The notes: generated by a model from the letters alone, not told the origin. A stretch of DNA of 64,000 nt from Flavobacteriaceae bacterium (GCA_965224465.1 OZ245049.1:3185895-3249894); one strand, 5' to 3'. Shown: positions 48,201-59,192, counted from the first letter of the stretch. Program-made: numbers and translations.

Positions 48201-49509
48201 GCTTATTGTAAAAGATAAATGTATAGGAGCTATTGTAGTGAAGAACTTTGAAAACGAAGTTGCTTATACGCAAAAAGATGTGGAGAATTTAGAGTTGATT
48301 GCAAATTCTATAAGTGGTGTTATCGAGCGGAAAAGAGCCGCAAAGAAACTCAAAATTGCACTCAAAAAAGCACTGCAATCAGAGTCGTTAAAAACATCTT
48401 TTTTGGCAAATATGAGCCATGAAATTAGAACTCCTATGAATGGAATTGTTGGGTTTTCTGAATTGTTAAGTGATTCTGAATTACAAGAAGAGGACCGTAA
48501 ACATTATACCCAACTAATTATAGATAGTAGTAAACAATTGTTAAATATTGTAAATGATATTTTAGATATTTCTCAGATAGAAGCAGGGATGATTCATTTA
48601 AAACCCGAAATTTTTGACATAAATAGCCTTTTGAAACATTTGATAGAGTTACACCAAGTAAAAGCAAATGTGAAGGGAATAGAATTAATATTAGATCCTT
48701 TTTTGAATACAGAATTAAGGATAAATACAGATAAAACGAAATTACTTCAGGTATTTTCAAACTTGGTTTCAAATGCCATTAAATTTACAAATAAGGGTTT
48801 TGTTAGAGTTGGGTATCACTTAAAAGGGGAGATGTTGGAGTTTTATGTAGAGGATTCTGGTATCGGGATTCCAGAAAAATTCCATTTAAAAATATTCAAT
48901 AGGTTTATTCAAACCAATGAAAAAACCAAAAAACAATCCAAGGGAAATGGCTTAGGATTGGCTATTTGTAAATCGTTTGTAGAACTGTTTGGAGGAGAGA
49001 TTTGGATTGATAGATCTAATGATGAGGGGACAAAAATTTGTTTTAATTTACCTTATAAGTTTATTGCTCCAAAATTAAAAACAACAGTATCTGTTAATGT
49101 TTCTAGCGTAGAGGAAGTGAAAAAGAAGGATGTAACATTGTTAATTGCAGAAGACGAGATTAATAACATGGTGTTTTTAGAAGAGGTTTTTTCTAGAACA
49201 ACCTACACAATTTTACAGGTTGAAAACGGAAGGGACGCAGTGGAAGCTTGTGCTAAGAATAAGGATATAGATATTGTGTTGATGGATGTTAAGATGCCTA
49301 TTATGAACGGGCTAGATGCTTCGGAAATCATAAAAAAGAACAGGCCTAATTTGCCTATTATCGCCTTGTCTGCTTTTGCTATGGAGTCCGACATTAAATA
49401 TGCCTTGAGTAAAGGATGTGACACGTACATTTCAAAACCAATTAACAGAAAATTATTATTAAAAACTATTGTAGAACTGGTTTCCAATGCCAAGGAAAAT
49501 AAAATGTAA
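45253..49509 (+). CDS. cytoplasmic multi-PAS/GAF hybrid sensor histidine kinase with C-terminal receiver
   Basis: 1418 aa with no obvious TM segment. Repeated PAS-like regions; HisKA H-box SHEIRTPMNGI; HATPase boxes DSGIGI and GNGLGL; receiver with the motifs DDE...D...SAF...K. Confidence 0.85.
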   Translation: MKRENNQLSERFFSIPNFMGKGDESEGESSVFDALPTAIWVLDLEKVVFTTEIMLKELNTDLKSLLNSTKYYLKLISLIQVKSVNIAAVQLYKASSKMELKNQFLTVFIDFTSGEFKLFMLNVLSRKLGGEYVGKHKNVGGGILNVNVNYKIEEIEKNIVFCSVVENKEMVSEISKPLMRVVQNTPQEAGWVYDVRTRKIEWSEEVFELLERSSDQDSTGVSRIMSIVHPRDKVRLLEHYVSLFKLEKIKPVCFTVVLKNEVELNIEERYTVVKNATYGNIETILAVMHVVSPKVELNIEKEMSYEYMTSGKRASFLWKTSEGWPVEQVSDGVEAILGYSTKDFLKDGLLYKDIIHKDDLKWMSEKRDYIWSTAEETDSLRPYRIISKSGNIKWIVARYILHRNKNGDVTHYNGFIEDVTKSKCLDIVFEKIKVTTIGLTCQAYLDAVGKGIANAIGADYLMIGYRNDKLLNRIELVTNYANGAFLEKYTYSDKDTPCGLVSTDKAKVYKKDVVNLFPKDTSLKEMEAEGYIGLNIKNNEYKAIGLISAVFKKPLENAEFDVAVMEQFVNRIGPEIQELKLKELLVKKEEEARALFTDSPIAMWIEDYSEVYRFLKEIKKEKIVNFRAYLEKDPKTLSKIRKLIKIVGINDKCIELSKAKDKQELLDRFHETVTKSTLDTLKEIVTAFYNNKYTYTGEMTVRNLKGAYRDVAVSLLVPPMNRELYDKVIVTVVDVTIRKKTVESLAQKKLYLENYIDSIPLPSMMWDTNYRCIKWNKTAEVMFGYSEKEMLGEHFKTLFFNKINFEDTKESWLIAIAKYGKFQKTTDNATKSGEIISCSWNVMAVKNDKSQVIGYITLAENITERIKEERRKEAILRISKAAISNISLKDFYKLTHQEMSRFLDAENCFIAVCDIESNLIHKDFRVSTKDTIIVDLEMDASLTGLVIKKKKSMLLKTQEIIDLKVQHGIATIGEETKTWIGTPLIVKDKCIGAIVVKNFENEVAYTQKDVENLELIANSISGVIERKRAAKKLKIALKKALQSESLKTSFLANMSHEIRTPMNGIVGFSELLSDSELQEEDRKHYTQLIIDSSKQLLNIVNDILDISQIEAGMIHLKPEIFDINSLLKHLIELHQVKANVKGIELILDPFLNTELRINTDKTKLLQVFSNLVSNAIKFTNKGFVRVGYHLKGEMLEFYVEDSGIGIPEKFHLKIFNRFIQTNEKTKKQSKGNGLGLAICKSFVELFGGEIWIDRSNDEGTKICFNLPYKFIAPKLKTTVSVNVSSVEEVKKKDVTLLIAEDEINNMVFLEEVFSRTTYTILQVENGRDAVEACAKNKDIDIVLMDVKMPIMNGLDASEIIKKNRPNLPIIALSAFAMESDIKYALSKGCDTYISKPINRKLLLKTIVELVSNAKENKM

Positions 49510-49574
49510 TTGTATTTTGTTAAAAATTGTATATTGCGGTAGCCAACATTAATTTCTATAAAGTACGCTCACAA

Positions 49575-50144
49575 ATGTCCCTTGATAAAATACACAGTTT
49601 AAATCCAAATAAATGGGTAGAATTATACGCAGATTACTTGTTTAATTATACCATTTCTAGAGTTGATGATCATGATATTTCGAAAGATATAATTCAAGAA
49701 ACATTTTATTCAGCACTTAAGTCTGTACCTAATTTTAAAGGTTTGGCGAGTGAAAGAACTTGGTTGATTTCTATCTTAAAAAGAAAAATAATTGATTATT
49801 ATAGAAAAATAAATTCTATAAAAGGAAAATCTGAGATTCGTATAAGTTTTTATCAGGCAGGTGAGCAAGAAGGAAATTGGATTGAAGAAAGGGTGCCTGC
49901 AAAATGGGAGAACACTAGTGATTATGACTTGGAACAAGAAGAACTCTCCCAAACATTGGTTCATTGTATTGGTGGCTTGCCAGAAAAATATGCAATGGTA
50001 TTTAAAATGAAAACAGTCCAGAAAATGGAAACAGAAGATATTTGTAAGGACTTGGACATAACTCCGTCAAATCTATGGGTTATAATACATAGAGCTCGGA
50101 CACAATTACGTGCTTGTATGGAGAAGAATTGGTTTAATAAATAA
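49575..50144 (+). CDS. ECF-subfamily RNA polymerase sigma factor
   Basis: Sigma-70 regions 2 and 4. Start set at the ATG at 49575 within ORF 49527..50144. Confidence 0.8.
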   Translation: MSLDKIHSLNPNKWVELYADYLFNYTISRVDDHDISKDIIQETFYSALKSVPNFKGLASERTWLISILKRKIIDYYRKINSIKGKSEIRISFYQAGEQEGNWIEERVPAKWENTSDYDLEQEELSQTLVHCIGGLPEKYAMVFKMKTVQKMETEDICKDLDITPSNLWVIIHRARTQLRACMEKNWFNK

Positions 50145-50158
50145 CAACAATTGTAAAG

Positions 50159-50413
50159 ATGAAATTTAAGTTAACCTGTGATGAAGCAACTGCTATTTGT
50201 ACTAAAAACCAATATGGAGAAGCTTCTTTTGGAGAGAAATTCAGGATGTTATTTCACGTCATCTTTTGTCCTGTTTGTCGATTGTATTCAAAGCAAAACA
50301 GCATTGTTACAACATGTGTGTCTCAAATAAAAAAGAAGAAGCTACCACGTAGTTGCCTAAATGCCTTAGAAAAGCAAGAAATGGATTTAAAAATTAAAGA
50401 ACAAGTAGAATAG
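50159..50413 (+). CDS. putative zinc-finger anti-sigma factor
   Basis: 84 aa with a C-x7-C ... CPVC pattern (zf-HC2-like), immediately downstream of the ECF sigma gene. Confidence 0.45.
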   Translation: MKFKLTCDEATAICTKNQYGEASFGEKFRMLFHVIFCPVCRLYSKQNSIVTTCVSQIKKKKLPRSCLNALEKQEMDLKIKEQVE

Positions 50414-50441
50414 TATATCTTTGTACTCTTAAATTTTTACC

Positions 50442-51083
50442 ATGCACTTTTTATCAGAGGAATTGGATGATTATATTGTAGATCATTCAGAAAACGAGCC
50501 GAAATTATTAAGAGAGTTAAATAGAGAGACTTGGCAAAAAGTGTTGAATCCACGTATGCTGAGTGGCGTGTACCAAGGGCGAGTCTTGTCTATATTATCC
50601 AAATTAATTCGTCCAAAAAACATCTTAGAGTTAGGGACTTATACAGGTTATTCTGCTCTGTGCTTAGCCGAGGGAATGCGAAATGATGGAGTGCTACATA
50701 CGATAGATCACAATGAAGAATTGTATGATTTACAACAAAAATATTTTAAAAAATCAGAATTTACGGAGCAGATTGTACAACATTTAGGGACAGCTGTTGA
50801 TATAATCCCAACCATAGATTGTACTTTTGATTTGGTATTTATAGATGCAGATAAACCAAATTATGTAAATTATTTTAATCTTATTATTGGAAAGATGAAC
50901 CCTGGAGGTGTCATTCTTTCAGACAACGTGCTTTGGACAGGTAAAGTCATAGAACCTTTAGACCCAAAGGATCAATCTACAAAAGTACTTTTAGAGTACA
51001 ATAAATTGTTGAAAAATGATCCTCGCATAGAAACAGTTCTATTGCCTATTCGTGATGGGTTAACTATAAGTAGGGTACGGTAA
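50442..51083 (+). CDS. class I SAM-dependent O-methyltransferase (family 3)
   Basis: LELGTYTGYSALCLAEG and FIDADK motifs; 213 aa. Confidence 0.8.
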   Translation: MHFLSEELDDYIVDHSENEPKLLRELNRETWQKVLNPRMLSGVYQGRVLSILSKLIRPKNILELGTYTGYSALCLAEGMRNDGVLHTIDHNEELYDLQQKYFKKSEFTEQIVQHLGTAVDIIPTIDCTFDLVFIDADKPNYVNYFNLIIGKMNPGGVILSDNVLWTGKVIEPLDPKDQSTKVLLEYNKLLKNDPRIETVLLPIRDGLTISRVR

Positions 51084-51087
51084 ATGT

Positions 51088-51756
51088 TTATTTTCCAGCT
51101 ACGATTAAAACAAATTCTCCTCTTGGAGCTTTTATTTCGAAATGATTGATTACTTCTACAAGTGTGCCTCTTACGGTTTCTTCGTATAGTTTTGTAAGCT
51201 CTCTTGAAACAGATATTTGCCTGTCTTCTCCGAAATATTCTATAAAGTGAGTCAGTGTTTTTAATAGTTTATGTGGAGATTCATAAAAAATGATTGTACG
51301 TGTTTCTTCCGCTAAAAAAAGCAATCTTGTTTGACGTCCTTTTTTTACAGGTAAAAAACCTTCAAAGACAAATTTATCGTTGGGAAGGCCACTGTTTACA
51401 AGTGCAGGGACAAAAGCAGTTGCGCCAGGTAAACACTCGATAGCGATCCCTTCTTTTACACAGGCTCTTGTTAATAAAAATCCAGGGTCTGAAATGGCGG
51501 GAGTTCCAGCATCGGATATCATTGCAATGGATTCACCACCTTTCAATCGATCTATAATACGCATTAAAACTTTATGCTCATTGTGCATGTGGTAACTTTG
51601 CATTTGAGTACTTATTTCATAATGTTTTAAAAGTTTCCCAGAGGTACGTGTGTCTTCCGCAAGAATCAAGTCTACCTCGTTTAAAATTTCAACAGCCCTA
51701 AAAGTCATGTCTTTTAAATTTCCAATAGGGGTGGGTACTAAATATAATTTTGACAT
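51088..51756 (-). CDS. rsmI: 16S rRNA (cytidine1402-2'-O)-methyltransferase
   Basis: Tetrapyrrole-methylase fold, LYLVPTPIGN N-terminus; 222 aa. Confidence 0.85.
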   Translation of the reverse strand: MSKLYLVPTPIGNLKDMTFRAVEILNEVDLILAEDTRTSGKLLKHYEISTQMQSYHMHNEHKVLMRIIDRLKGGESIAMISDAGTPAISDPGFLLTRACVKEGIAIECLPGATAFVPALVNSGLPNDKFVFEGFLPVKKGRQTRLLFLAEETRTIIFYESPHKLLKTLTHFIEYFGEDRQISVSRELTKLYEETVRGTLVEVINHFEIKAPRGEFVLIVAGK

Positions 51757-51762
51757 AAGGTT

Positions 51763-54381
51763 TTATTTTTTAACAAGCATTCGTTTAATTTCGTTCAATT
51801 TCATCAAGGCTTCAATAGGGGTTAATGTATCAATATTAGTAGCTAATATTTCTTCTTTTATACCTTCTAGTAAAGGGTCGTCTAGCTTAAAAAAGCTCAA
51901 CTGCATAGCATCCTCTTCTACTGTTTTTGCTAGGGTATTTTTAATGTCTTCCGAAGTGTGATTTTTTTCTAATTGTTGAAGCATTTTACTGGCTCTATTA
52001 ACTACAGAAGTAGGCATCCCAGCAAGTTTAGCTACATATATACCAAAACTGTGAGCGCTACCTCCAGGGACTAGTTTACGTAAAAATAACACTTTGTCTT
52101 TTAGTTCTTTTACGGATACGTTAAAGTTTTTGATGCGGTTAAATGTGTTGGACATATCATTTAACTCATGGTAATGCGTAGCAAAGAGTGTCTTAGCGTT
52201 GGAAGGGTGTTCGTGCAAGTATTCTGCAATTGCCCATGCGATAGAAATACCATCATAAGTACTGGTTCCTCTACCAATTTCATCTAATAAAACCAAGCTG
52301 CGTTCAGAAATATTATTCAAAATACTAGCCGTTTCATTCATTTCAACCATAAAAGTAGATTCTCCTAAAGAGATATTATCACTAGCGCCAACCCTAGTAA
52401 AAATTTTGTCTACAATTCCTATTCGGGCGCTTTCTGCGGGGACATAACTCCCCATTTGAGCTAATAATACAATAAGTGCTGTTTGTCTTAAGATGGCTGA
52501 TTTCCCACTCATGTTGGGCCCTGTAATCATGATGATTTGCTGTTGATTTCGATTTAAAATCACATTATTGGCAATATAATCTTCACCAATAGGCAGTTGT
52601 TTTTCAATTACAGGATGTCGTCCATTTTTTATATCAATGTCTGTAGTATCGTCTATTTGAGGTTGAACATAATTATTATCCATAGCCGTTTTTGCAAACG
52701 AGCACAAGCAATCTACCTGTGCAATTAATTGCGCATTTAGTTGGATAGGTTGTATAAAATCGATGAGGTAACTGGTTAAATCGTTGAAAATTTGATGTTC
52801 TAAAACACTTATTTTTTCCTCAGCACCTAATATTTTAGACTCGTATTCTTTTAGCTCTTCCGTGATATAACGTTCTGCGTTTACCAATGTTTGCTTTCGA
52901 ATCCATTCTTCTGGCACCTTATCTTTATGAGTATTTCTGACCTCAATATAATAGCCAAATACATTGTTAAAAGCTATTTTAAGTGAAGAGATTCCAGTGC
53001 GTTCTCTCTCTCTAGCTACCATGTCGTCCAAATAGGATTTTCCTGAATTTGAAATGGATCGCAAGTCATCTAACTCTTGTGAAACACCAGTAGCAATGGC
53101 ATTCCCTTTGTTTATGTTTACGGGGGCATCTTCAAATAAAGTACTTGTTATTTTTTCTCTAAGTAAGCTGCATTCTTGTAACTGTTCTCCTATTATTTTT
53201 AACGATTCATTGTCGCTTTTCATCGCTGCTTCTTTGATAGGAATAATAGCATTCAGCGAGTTTTTAAGAAGTATTACCTCTCTTGGATTTACTTTTTCTG
53301 TAGCTACTTTAGAAACCAAGCGTTCAATATCACTGATCTGTTTTATTTGATAATTTGTAGTTTCGAAAAAGGATTCGTTTTTTGTAAAGTAATCTACTAC
53401 ATTGTGTCGTTTTTTTATCTGTGCGATTTCCTTTAGAGGTAAGGCGAGCCAACGTTTTAAAAGACGTGAGCCCATAGGGGAAATGGTTTGATCTATAATG
53501 TCTAGTAAAGTAACTGCATGTGCGCTGGTTCCTTGGTGTAATTCTAAATTTCTGATGGTGAATTTATCCATCCATACATAGTGATCCTCTTCTATTCTGT
53601 TAATAGTAGTGATGTGTTTGAGTTTGGTATGCTGTGTTTCTGATAGATAGTACAAGGCAACTCCAGAGGCTATAACTCCTTCGTTCAAGTCTTGTACTCC
53701 AAAACCTTTAAGAGAAGCAACTTTAAAATGATTGGTCAATGTTTCTATTGCGTAATCTATTTGAAACACCCAGTCATCTAAATAAAAGGTGTAAAAAGAG
53801 CTGCCAAAGCATTCGTTAAATTTAGTTTTAAATTGTTTTTGAACCAATACCTCACTAGGCTTGAAGTTTTGCAGTAATTTATCAATGTATTCTTTGGATC
53901 CTTGAGCTGTTAAAAACTCTCCAGTAGATACATCTAGAAAAGCAATTCCTAGTTGTTTTTTTCCAAAATGTACGGTGGCTAAAAAATTATTATTTTTGGC
54001 TTGTAATACCTCGTCATTTAAAGCGACTCCTGGAGTAATGAGCTCTGTAACACCACGTTTTACGATGGTCTTTGTCATTTTAGGATCTTCCAATTGGTCA
54101 CAAATTGCTACCCGCAAACCTGCTTTTACTAGTTTTGGTAAGTAGGTATTTAAGGAATGATGCGGAAAGCCAGCCAAGGCAGTTTCACTTTCACTACCAG
54201 CGCCTCTTTTTGTGAGGATTATTCCTAAAATTTTTGATGCTTTTTTTGCGTCTTCACCAAAAGTTTCATAAAAATCTCCAACTCTAAATAATAGCATTGC
54301 ATCGGGGTATTTAACCTTAATGCTGTTGTATTGTTTCATTAAAGGGGTCACTTTTTTAACTTTTTCCTTAGATTTTGCCAA
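51763..54381 (-). CDS. mutS: DNA mismatch repair protein MutS
   Basis: 872 aa with the mismatch-binding domain motif GDFYE, Walker A GPNMSGKS and STFMVEM. Confidence 0.95.
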   Translation of the reverse strand: MAKSKEKVKKVTPLMKQYNSIKVKYPDAMLLFRVGDFYETFGEDAKKASKILGIILTKRGAGSESETALAGFPHHSLNTYLPKLVKAGLRVAICDQLEDPKMTKTIVKRGVTELITPGVALNDEVLQAKNNNFLATVHFGKKQLGIAFLDVSTGEFLTAQGSKEYIDKLLQNFKPSEVLVQKQFKTKFNECFGSSFYTFYLDDWVFQIDYAIETLTNHFKVASLKGFGVQDLNEGVIASGVALYYLSETQHTKLKHITTINRIEEDHYVWMDKFTIRNLELHQGTSAHAVTLLDIIDQTISPMGSRLLKRWLALPLKEIAQIKKRHNVVDYFTKNESFFETTNYQIKQISDIERLVSKVATEKVNPREVILLKNSLNAIIPIKEAAMKSDNESLKIIGEQLQECSLLREKITSTLFEDAPVNINKGNAIATGVSQELDDLRSISNSGKSYLDDMVARERERTGISSLKIAFNNVFGYYIEVRNTHKDKVPEEWIRKQTLVNAERYITEELKEYESKILGAEEKISVLEHQIFNDLTSYLIDFIQPIQLNAQLIAQVDCLCSFAKTAMDNNYVQPQIDDTTDIDIKNGRHPVIEKQLPIGEDYIANNVILNRNQQQIIMITGPNMSGKSAILRQTALIVLLAQMGSYVPAESARIGIVDKIFTRVGASDNISLGESTFMVEMNETASILNNISERSLVLLDEIGRGTSTYDGISIAWAIAEYLHEHPSNAKTLFATHYHELNDMSNTFNRIKNFNVSVKELKDKVLFLRKLVPGGSAHSFGIYVAKLAGMPTSVVNRASKMLQQLEKNHTSEDIKNTLAKTVEEDAMQLSFFKLDDPLLEGIKEEILATNIDTLTPIEALMKLNEIKRMLVKK

Positions 54382-54535
54382 TTTTTAAGCTTTTAAATTA
54401 CGAGGCAAAGTTATGCATTTGGAACAAGGCACACAAGCAGGGAAGTTGATGTTCTCAGATTTGTAGTTTGTCTTAATTTAGACAGCTTAATGAGTACAAA
54501 ATTATACCTTTGTAAAAGTTTTAAAAACGGATAGG

Positions 54536-55066
54536 ATGAGGAAGTTAAAAAACAGTGAATTGGGAAGGTTGGATGTGGACGAATTTAAACATTCAGAAAA
54601 AGTACCTTTAATTGTTGTTTTAGATAATATTAGAAGCCTAAACAATGTAGGTTCTGTTTTTAGAACAAGTGATGCCTTTTTAATAAAAAAAATCTACTTA
54701 TGTGGAATTACTGCAACGCCACCAAATAAAGAAATTCATAAAACTGCACTGGGAGCTACCGAGTCTGTAGATTGGGAGTATAGAGAAAGCACGGTTGAAT
54801 TACTACACGAATTGAAATCGAATGATGTGAAAATTGCGTCCATTGAACAAGCCGAAAACAGTGTGAGTTTACAGGATTTTGAGCTGGATTCTAAAGACAC
54901 CTATGCTATTGTGTTTGGCAATGAAGTAAAAGGAGTACAACAGGAAGTAGTTTCTATGTCAGACTATTGTATTGAAATACCACAATTCGGAACAAAGCAT
55001 TCCTTAAATATATCGGTGTGTTGTGGACTTGTACTTTGGGACTTATTCAAAAAAATAAGATTTTAA
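54536..55066 (+). CDS. SpoU/TrmH-family RNA 2'-O-methyltransferase
   Basis: SPOUT motifs (NVGSVFRTSDAF, VFGNEVKGV, NISV); 176 aa. Confidence 0.8.
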   Translation: MRKLKNSELGRLDVDEFKHSEKVPLIVVLDNIRSLNNVGSVFRTSDAFLIKKIYLCGITATPPNKEIHKTALGATESVDWEYRESTVELLHELKSNDVKIASIEQAENSVSLQDFELDSKDTYAIVFGNEVKGVQQEVVSMSDYCIEIPQFGTKHSLNISVCCGLVLWDLFKKIRF

Positions 55067-55236
55067 CGAAAATTGCGGATTTAGGTAAAATAAAATGTGT
55101 ATTTTCACATTTAAATTGCAAACTTTACCCAAAAAGACAATGTAATTAATTCACAAACGAATAAAAATTTGTGTCTTTTTTACGATATAAAACACGACTG
55201 TTGTTGTTGTGGAACTATAAGTATATCAAATTTTAA

Positions 55237-57192
55237 TTGATAATCTCAAAAATAAATGATATGTTGAGAGGTATTATTGTACTGATATTTGTACAGTTTT
55301 ATTGTTCCATAAGTGCTTGTAATAAGTTGTTTGTAAAAAAAACAGACAGCGTTTTGTATTGTGATTCTAAATCTAAAAAACTAGAATTCTCACAAAATAA
55401 ACAATTGTTCTTTGTTAAAAAGCCTTATGATTTTGCGATTGAGGAACGTGAAACTCCGAGGGTATTAAAAACTGAATTAAATGTTAGTGACATTTATTTT
55501 CGGGGTCTTGATACGTTCCAAACTACCAAGCATCATTTGTTAGATCTGCACAGAAAGGGTTCTAAAAATAAGGATACAGTTTTTGAGATTCGCAGACTGT
55601 ATAAAATTGGCGATTATTATAGGTTTAGGAATTTTGGAGATAGTGCTTATACGTATTTTAGAGAAGGAAAAACAAAGAGCTTGAATTTAGATGATAAATT
55701 CTATGCGCAACTTGGTCTTTCTAAAATTGCGGAACTTCTTTTTGAATATGAGGATTACAAAGAGGCAGAAAATAACATTATCAAAGCAATAGCTATTTCA
55801 AGAGAGAATGATTCGTTGACAACAAAATTGTATTTTTTACAGGCAGCTGTTTATAGTGAAATGTCTGACTATGATGCCGCTTTAAATATCCTTGATCTAG
55901 TTCTCTTTAATGCAAATGAGCGTACGGATCTTTTTCTGAAAAGTGAAGTGCTTTTAAGGGAAGGAGCTATTTATCTGAAAAAAGGGGATCATAAAACGGC
56001 TTTACAGGTTTTTAACCAGGGACTTGCTTTAAAGAAGCAAGAAAACGTTCAGGATAAAACGTATGTGAAATTGATGGTAAATAGGGCGTTTTTAATGTCT
56101 AGTAAAGGTTTATCTCAAGTAGGATTACTTGAGTATGAGCTAGGCTTATCCATTGCTAAAGAAAAAGGGTACACTCAGTTGTTTTCCTTTGTTTACTTGA
56201 AAATGGCAAGACGTTTTAAGGAACTTAATAAATTGAAGGAGGCATTTAAATTCGGGAAATTAGCAATAGAATCCTCCGAAAAACAGGGGCAAGCTCCTGA
56301 ATTATTAGCGGCTATTTTGTTTACGGCATCGTTGGATAAACAAGAGGTATTGAAGTACACTGCTTTGTATTTAAAACAGCTAGATAGTATAAAGAGTTTT
56401 AAAAAAAACATGAGGACTAAAGTTGCTAAATTGAAATTTGACATCGAAGGAAAAACAAAGGAAAATCAGCTTTTAAAAAAACACAATATATTGAAAAACG
56501 AACGGTTAGAAAAAGAGCGTTTTAGAAATTTAACATCCTTGTTTATACTGTTTATTGTTCTGTTGTCTATTCTTGTAATTAGTTATGTGATTGCACAGGA
56601 ACGAAAAAAATTGATGTATAAAAACAGATTGGCTAGGGTGGTGGTAAGGGTAGAAGAACGACAAGAGTTAGCTAAAAAATTACATGATGAAATAGCAGGT
56701 GATTTAAGAGTTTTATGTTTGCAGCTCGAAAAATCAGAGAATATAGAAGTAGCAAATAGGGTTGATAAAATAAAAGAAGTAATCAGAGATTTATCTCACG
56801 AATTAACTTCAGAAAGCTTTCAAGAGGTGAGTTTTGTAGATCAGGTTGTTAATATAATTGCTGAAAATCACAGCCCTTCGCGCGTAGTTAAAGTTGTAAA
56901 TATTAAAGATGTGATGTGGATAGAAATTGAGCCGTCTATTAAAAGGGTGTTGTTTTTTTCTATGAGAGAACTTATTAAAAAATGCAATTACAATTCTTTA
57001 ACCTTTACATTTTTTATAAGTAAATATGCATTAGAAACAAGAATAACAATAGATAAAGAGCATCTAAAAAATAGTTTCCAAGATAATCAATGGGAACAGA
57101 TTAAACAGCGTGTAGCAGAAATTAATGGAGATTTGTTATGGCTAGAACTAGAGGAAGAATTTAGAATCACATTACCTATTTTAAACGTATGA
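55237..57192 (+). CDS. TPR-repeat membrane sensor with an HisKA_3-type dimerisation domain but a degenerate or absent ATPase domain (putative pseudokinase)
   Basis: 651 aa with N-terminal TPR-like repeats, one TM helix (LTSLFILFIVLLSILVISYVIA) and H-box LAKKLHDEIAGDL. The C-terminus lacks DxGxG/GxGL boxes. Stop overlaps the start of the next gene. Confidence 0.55.
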   Translation: MIISKINDMLRGIIVLIFVQFYCSISACNKLFVKKTDSVLYCDSKSKKLEFSQNKQLFFVKKPYDFAIEERETPRVLKTELNVSDIYFRGLDTFQTTKHHLLDLHRKGSKNKDTVFEIRRLYKIGDYYRFRNFGDSAYTYFREGKTKSLNLDDKFYAQLGLSKIAELLFEYEDYKEAENNIIKAIAISRENDSLTTKLYFLQAAVYSEMSDYDAALNILDLVLFNANERTDLFLKSEVLLREGAIYLKKGDHKTALQVFNQGLALKKQENVQDKTYVKLMVNRAFLMSSKGLSQVGLLEYELGLSIAKEKGYTQLFSFVYLKMARRFKELNKLKEAFKFGKLAIESSEKQGQAPELLAAILFTASLDKQEVLKYTALYLKQLDSIKSFKKNMRTKVAKLKFDIEGKTKENQLLKKHNILKNERLEKERFRNLTSLFILFIVLLSILVISYVIAQERKKLMYKNRLARVVVRVEERQELAKKLHDEIAGDLRVLCLQLEKSENIEVANRVDKIKEVIRDLSHELTSESFQEVSFVDQVVNIIAENHSPSRVVKVVNIKDVMWIEIEPSIKRVLFFSMRELIKKCNYNSLTFTFFISKYALETRITIDKEHLKNSFQDNQWEQIKQRVAEINGDLLWLELEEEFRITLPILNV

Positions 57193-59192
57193 TAGTTGCT
57201 AAATATAAAAACATACAGCTTATTTTGTTTTTGGTTTTTGGACTTGTTTTTTCGGTTTTTGGGCAGGAAAAATCGGATAAAGACGCTTTAATAGATAGCA
57301 TGTATTATTACCTTGACAGGTCTTATAAAGAAAAATATTCTTTTGATAAGAGTTTGTTTTTTTTAAATAAAGCGGTGGATGTTTCGGACTATTTAATGTT
57401 GGACAGTTTACAAATAGAATCCAGAGTTGTTTTTGCGGAGTTTTATCAATACAATAGATTATTTCCAGAGATGAAAAACAGTTTAGACGAAGTTTTTAAA
57501 CTGTTTAAACCAGATACATCTAAACAATTTGTATATGCCAATATATTATTGGGAAATTATTTTGAAAGAACACAAAAATTAGACAGTGCTTATTATTCAT
57601 ATAATAAAGCGAAGAAGATTTCTTTGGCTTTAAAAGACTCTTTGTTAGGGGGTGATGTATCATTAAATATCGCTAGGTTTTATTGTAAAGTACGGGATTT
57701 TGTTTCCGCAGAACATGAAATAATTCAAGGCTTAAAATACTTGGAGCCAGGAGATAAGGGTCCGTGGATTATCAATTCTTTATATGTGTTGCTTGCCAGC
57801 TGTAAATTTGAGCAGTATGATGAGGAAGAGGCGATGAATCTTTATAGGAAGTCCTACAATATTGCAGTCAAAGAGAAAGATACATTGATTATGTTAAATG
57901 CCTTAAATAACATGTCTTATACAAGTTCTTATTGTAAAAATAAAGACTCTGTAATGCTGTATTTGGAAAAGGGATTGGCGTTTAAAGGAGTTGATGTTAC
58001 GTTTCCAGAGTTTTATGGAATGATGTTAGCCAATTTGACGTATGAGAAATTTCTTGTAGGGGATACGAAAGACCTGTTGGAAAATTATCAAAAAAGTTAT
58101 GAAATAGCAGAAAAAATAAGTCATTTTAGACTGCGAATAATGATTCATAACTTTAGAGGGCACTTTTACAAAAAGAAAGGTGATACAAAAAAGGCTATTC
58201 AACAGGGCTTGTTATCTTTAAAAATGTCGAGAGCTAACAGCTCTAATGATTGGTTGCTTAAAAACTTAAAATTACTGGCTGTATTGGACAAAGAAAATGC
58301 TGTTAATTATATAAATCAGTTTAATAGCCTGTCTGATAGTTTACAAAAAAATGAATATAAATATGTAAATAGACTTGCAGGTATTGCTTACGAAACACAA
58401 AAAAAAGATAAAGAAAACAGAAATCTAAAAGAGGACAACAAGTTGAAATCTTTGGATTATGAAAGAGTAAAATATAAAAAAACGGTTATAGTCTTATTGT
58501 TGATATTAAGTATTTTGGGCTTTGTAATTATGTATATGAGGTTTAGGAATAGAAATGCTAAGATAATTTATGAAGCAGAATTATCCAGGGCAGATGTCAA
58601 AGAAGAAGAGCGAGATAGAGTAGTAAGAAAACTCAATAAAGAGATTTCTAATGAATTATTTGAAATAGAGGGTCTTTTAAAAAAAGCTGGAAATTTAAAA
58701 TTAGCGGTTCAAACAAGAAGAGTTACGGAAATTATTGGTGAGATAGCCACGGAATTAAGTATCAAGAATTTTGATGATATTTCCTTTAATGATCAAGTGA
58801 AAGATTTAATCAAAAGTTATGAAACCGAAAATTTTAAACTATGTTTGATTGGTTTAGATAAAGTAAAATTGAAAAAGATTACAGACCTCCAAAAACAAGC
58901 CCTGTATTTAGGGATTAGAGAGAGTATACATAATTCAGTGAAACATGCTGAGGCAACTAGGATTACAGTGAAGTTTTCTCATAAAAAAACCAAACTGAAA
59001 GTTGTAATTACAGACAATGGTCGTGGATTTAATACCGATAGTAAACGAAACGGAATTGGTCTAAAGAATATAAAAGAAAGGATACTTAGGTTAAAAGGAA
59101 CGTTTTTAATTCAAAGTAAAATAAATGAGGGGACGAGAACACAAATTAGTGTAGAATTTAAAAAAAGAGGAAAAGAACATGAAACGAATTAG
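57189..59192 (+). CDS. TPR-repeat sensor histidine kinase (NarL/LytS-type HisKA_3 + HATPase_c)
   Basis: 667 aa with signal/TM, TPR repeats, a second TM helix, H-box, N-box HNSVKHA, G1 ITDNGRGF and G2 GIGLKNIKER. Confidence 0.75.
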   Translation: MIVAKYKNIQLILFLVFGLVFSVFGQEKSDKDALIDSMYYYLDRSYKEKYSFDKSLFFLNKAVDVSDYLMLDSLQIESRVVFAEFYQYNRLFPEMKNSLDEVFKLFKPDTSKQFVYANILLGNYFERTQKLDSAYYSYNKAKKISLALKDSLLGGDVSLNIARFYCKVRDFVSAEHEIIQGLKYLEPGDKGPWIINSLYVLLASCKFEQYDEEEAMNLYRKSYNIAVKEKDTLIMLNALNNMSYTSSYCKNKDSVMLYLEKGLAFKGVDVTFPEFYGMMLANLTYEKFLVGDTKDLLENYQKSYEIAEKISHFRLRIMIHNFRGHFYKKKGDTKKAIQQGLLSLKMSRANSSNDWLLKNLKLLAVLDKENAVNYINQFNSLSDSLQKNEYKYVNRLAGIAYETQKKDKENRNLKEDNKLKSLDYERVKYKKTVIVLLLILSILGFVIMYMRFRNRNAKIIYEAELSRADVKEEERDRVVRKLNKEISNELFEIEGLLKKAGNLKLAVQTRRVTEIIGEIATELSIKNFDDISFNDQVKDLIKSYETENFKLCLIGLDKVKLKKITDLQKQALYLGIRESIHNSVKHAEATRITVKFSHKKTKLKVVITDNGRGFNTDSKRNGIGLKNIKERILRLKGTFLIQSKINEGTRTQISVEFKKRGKEHETN

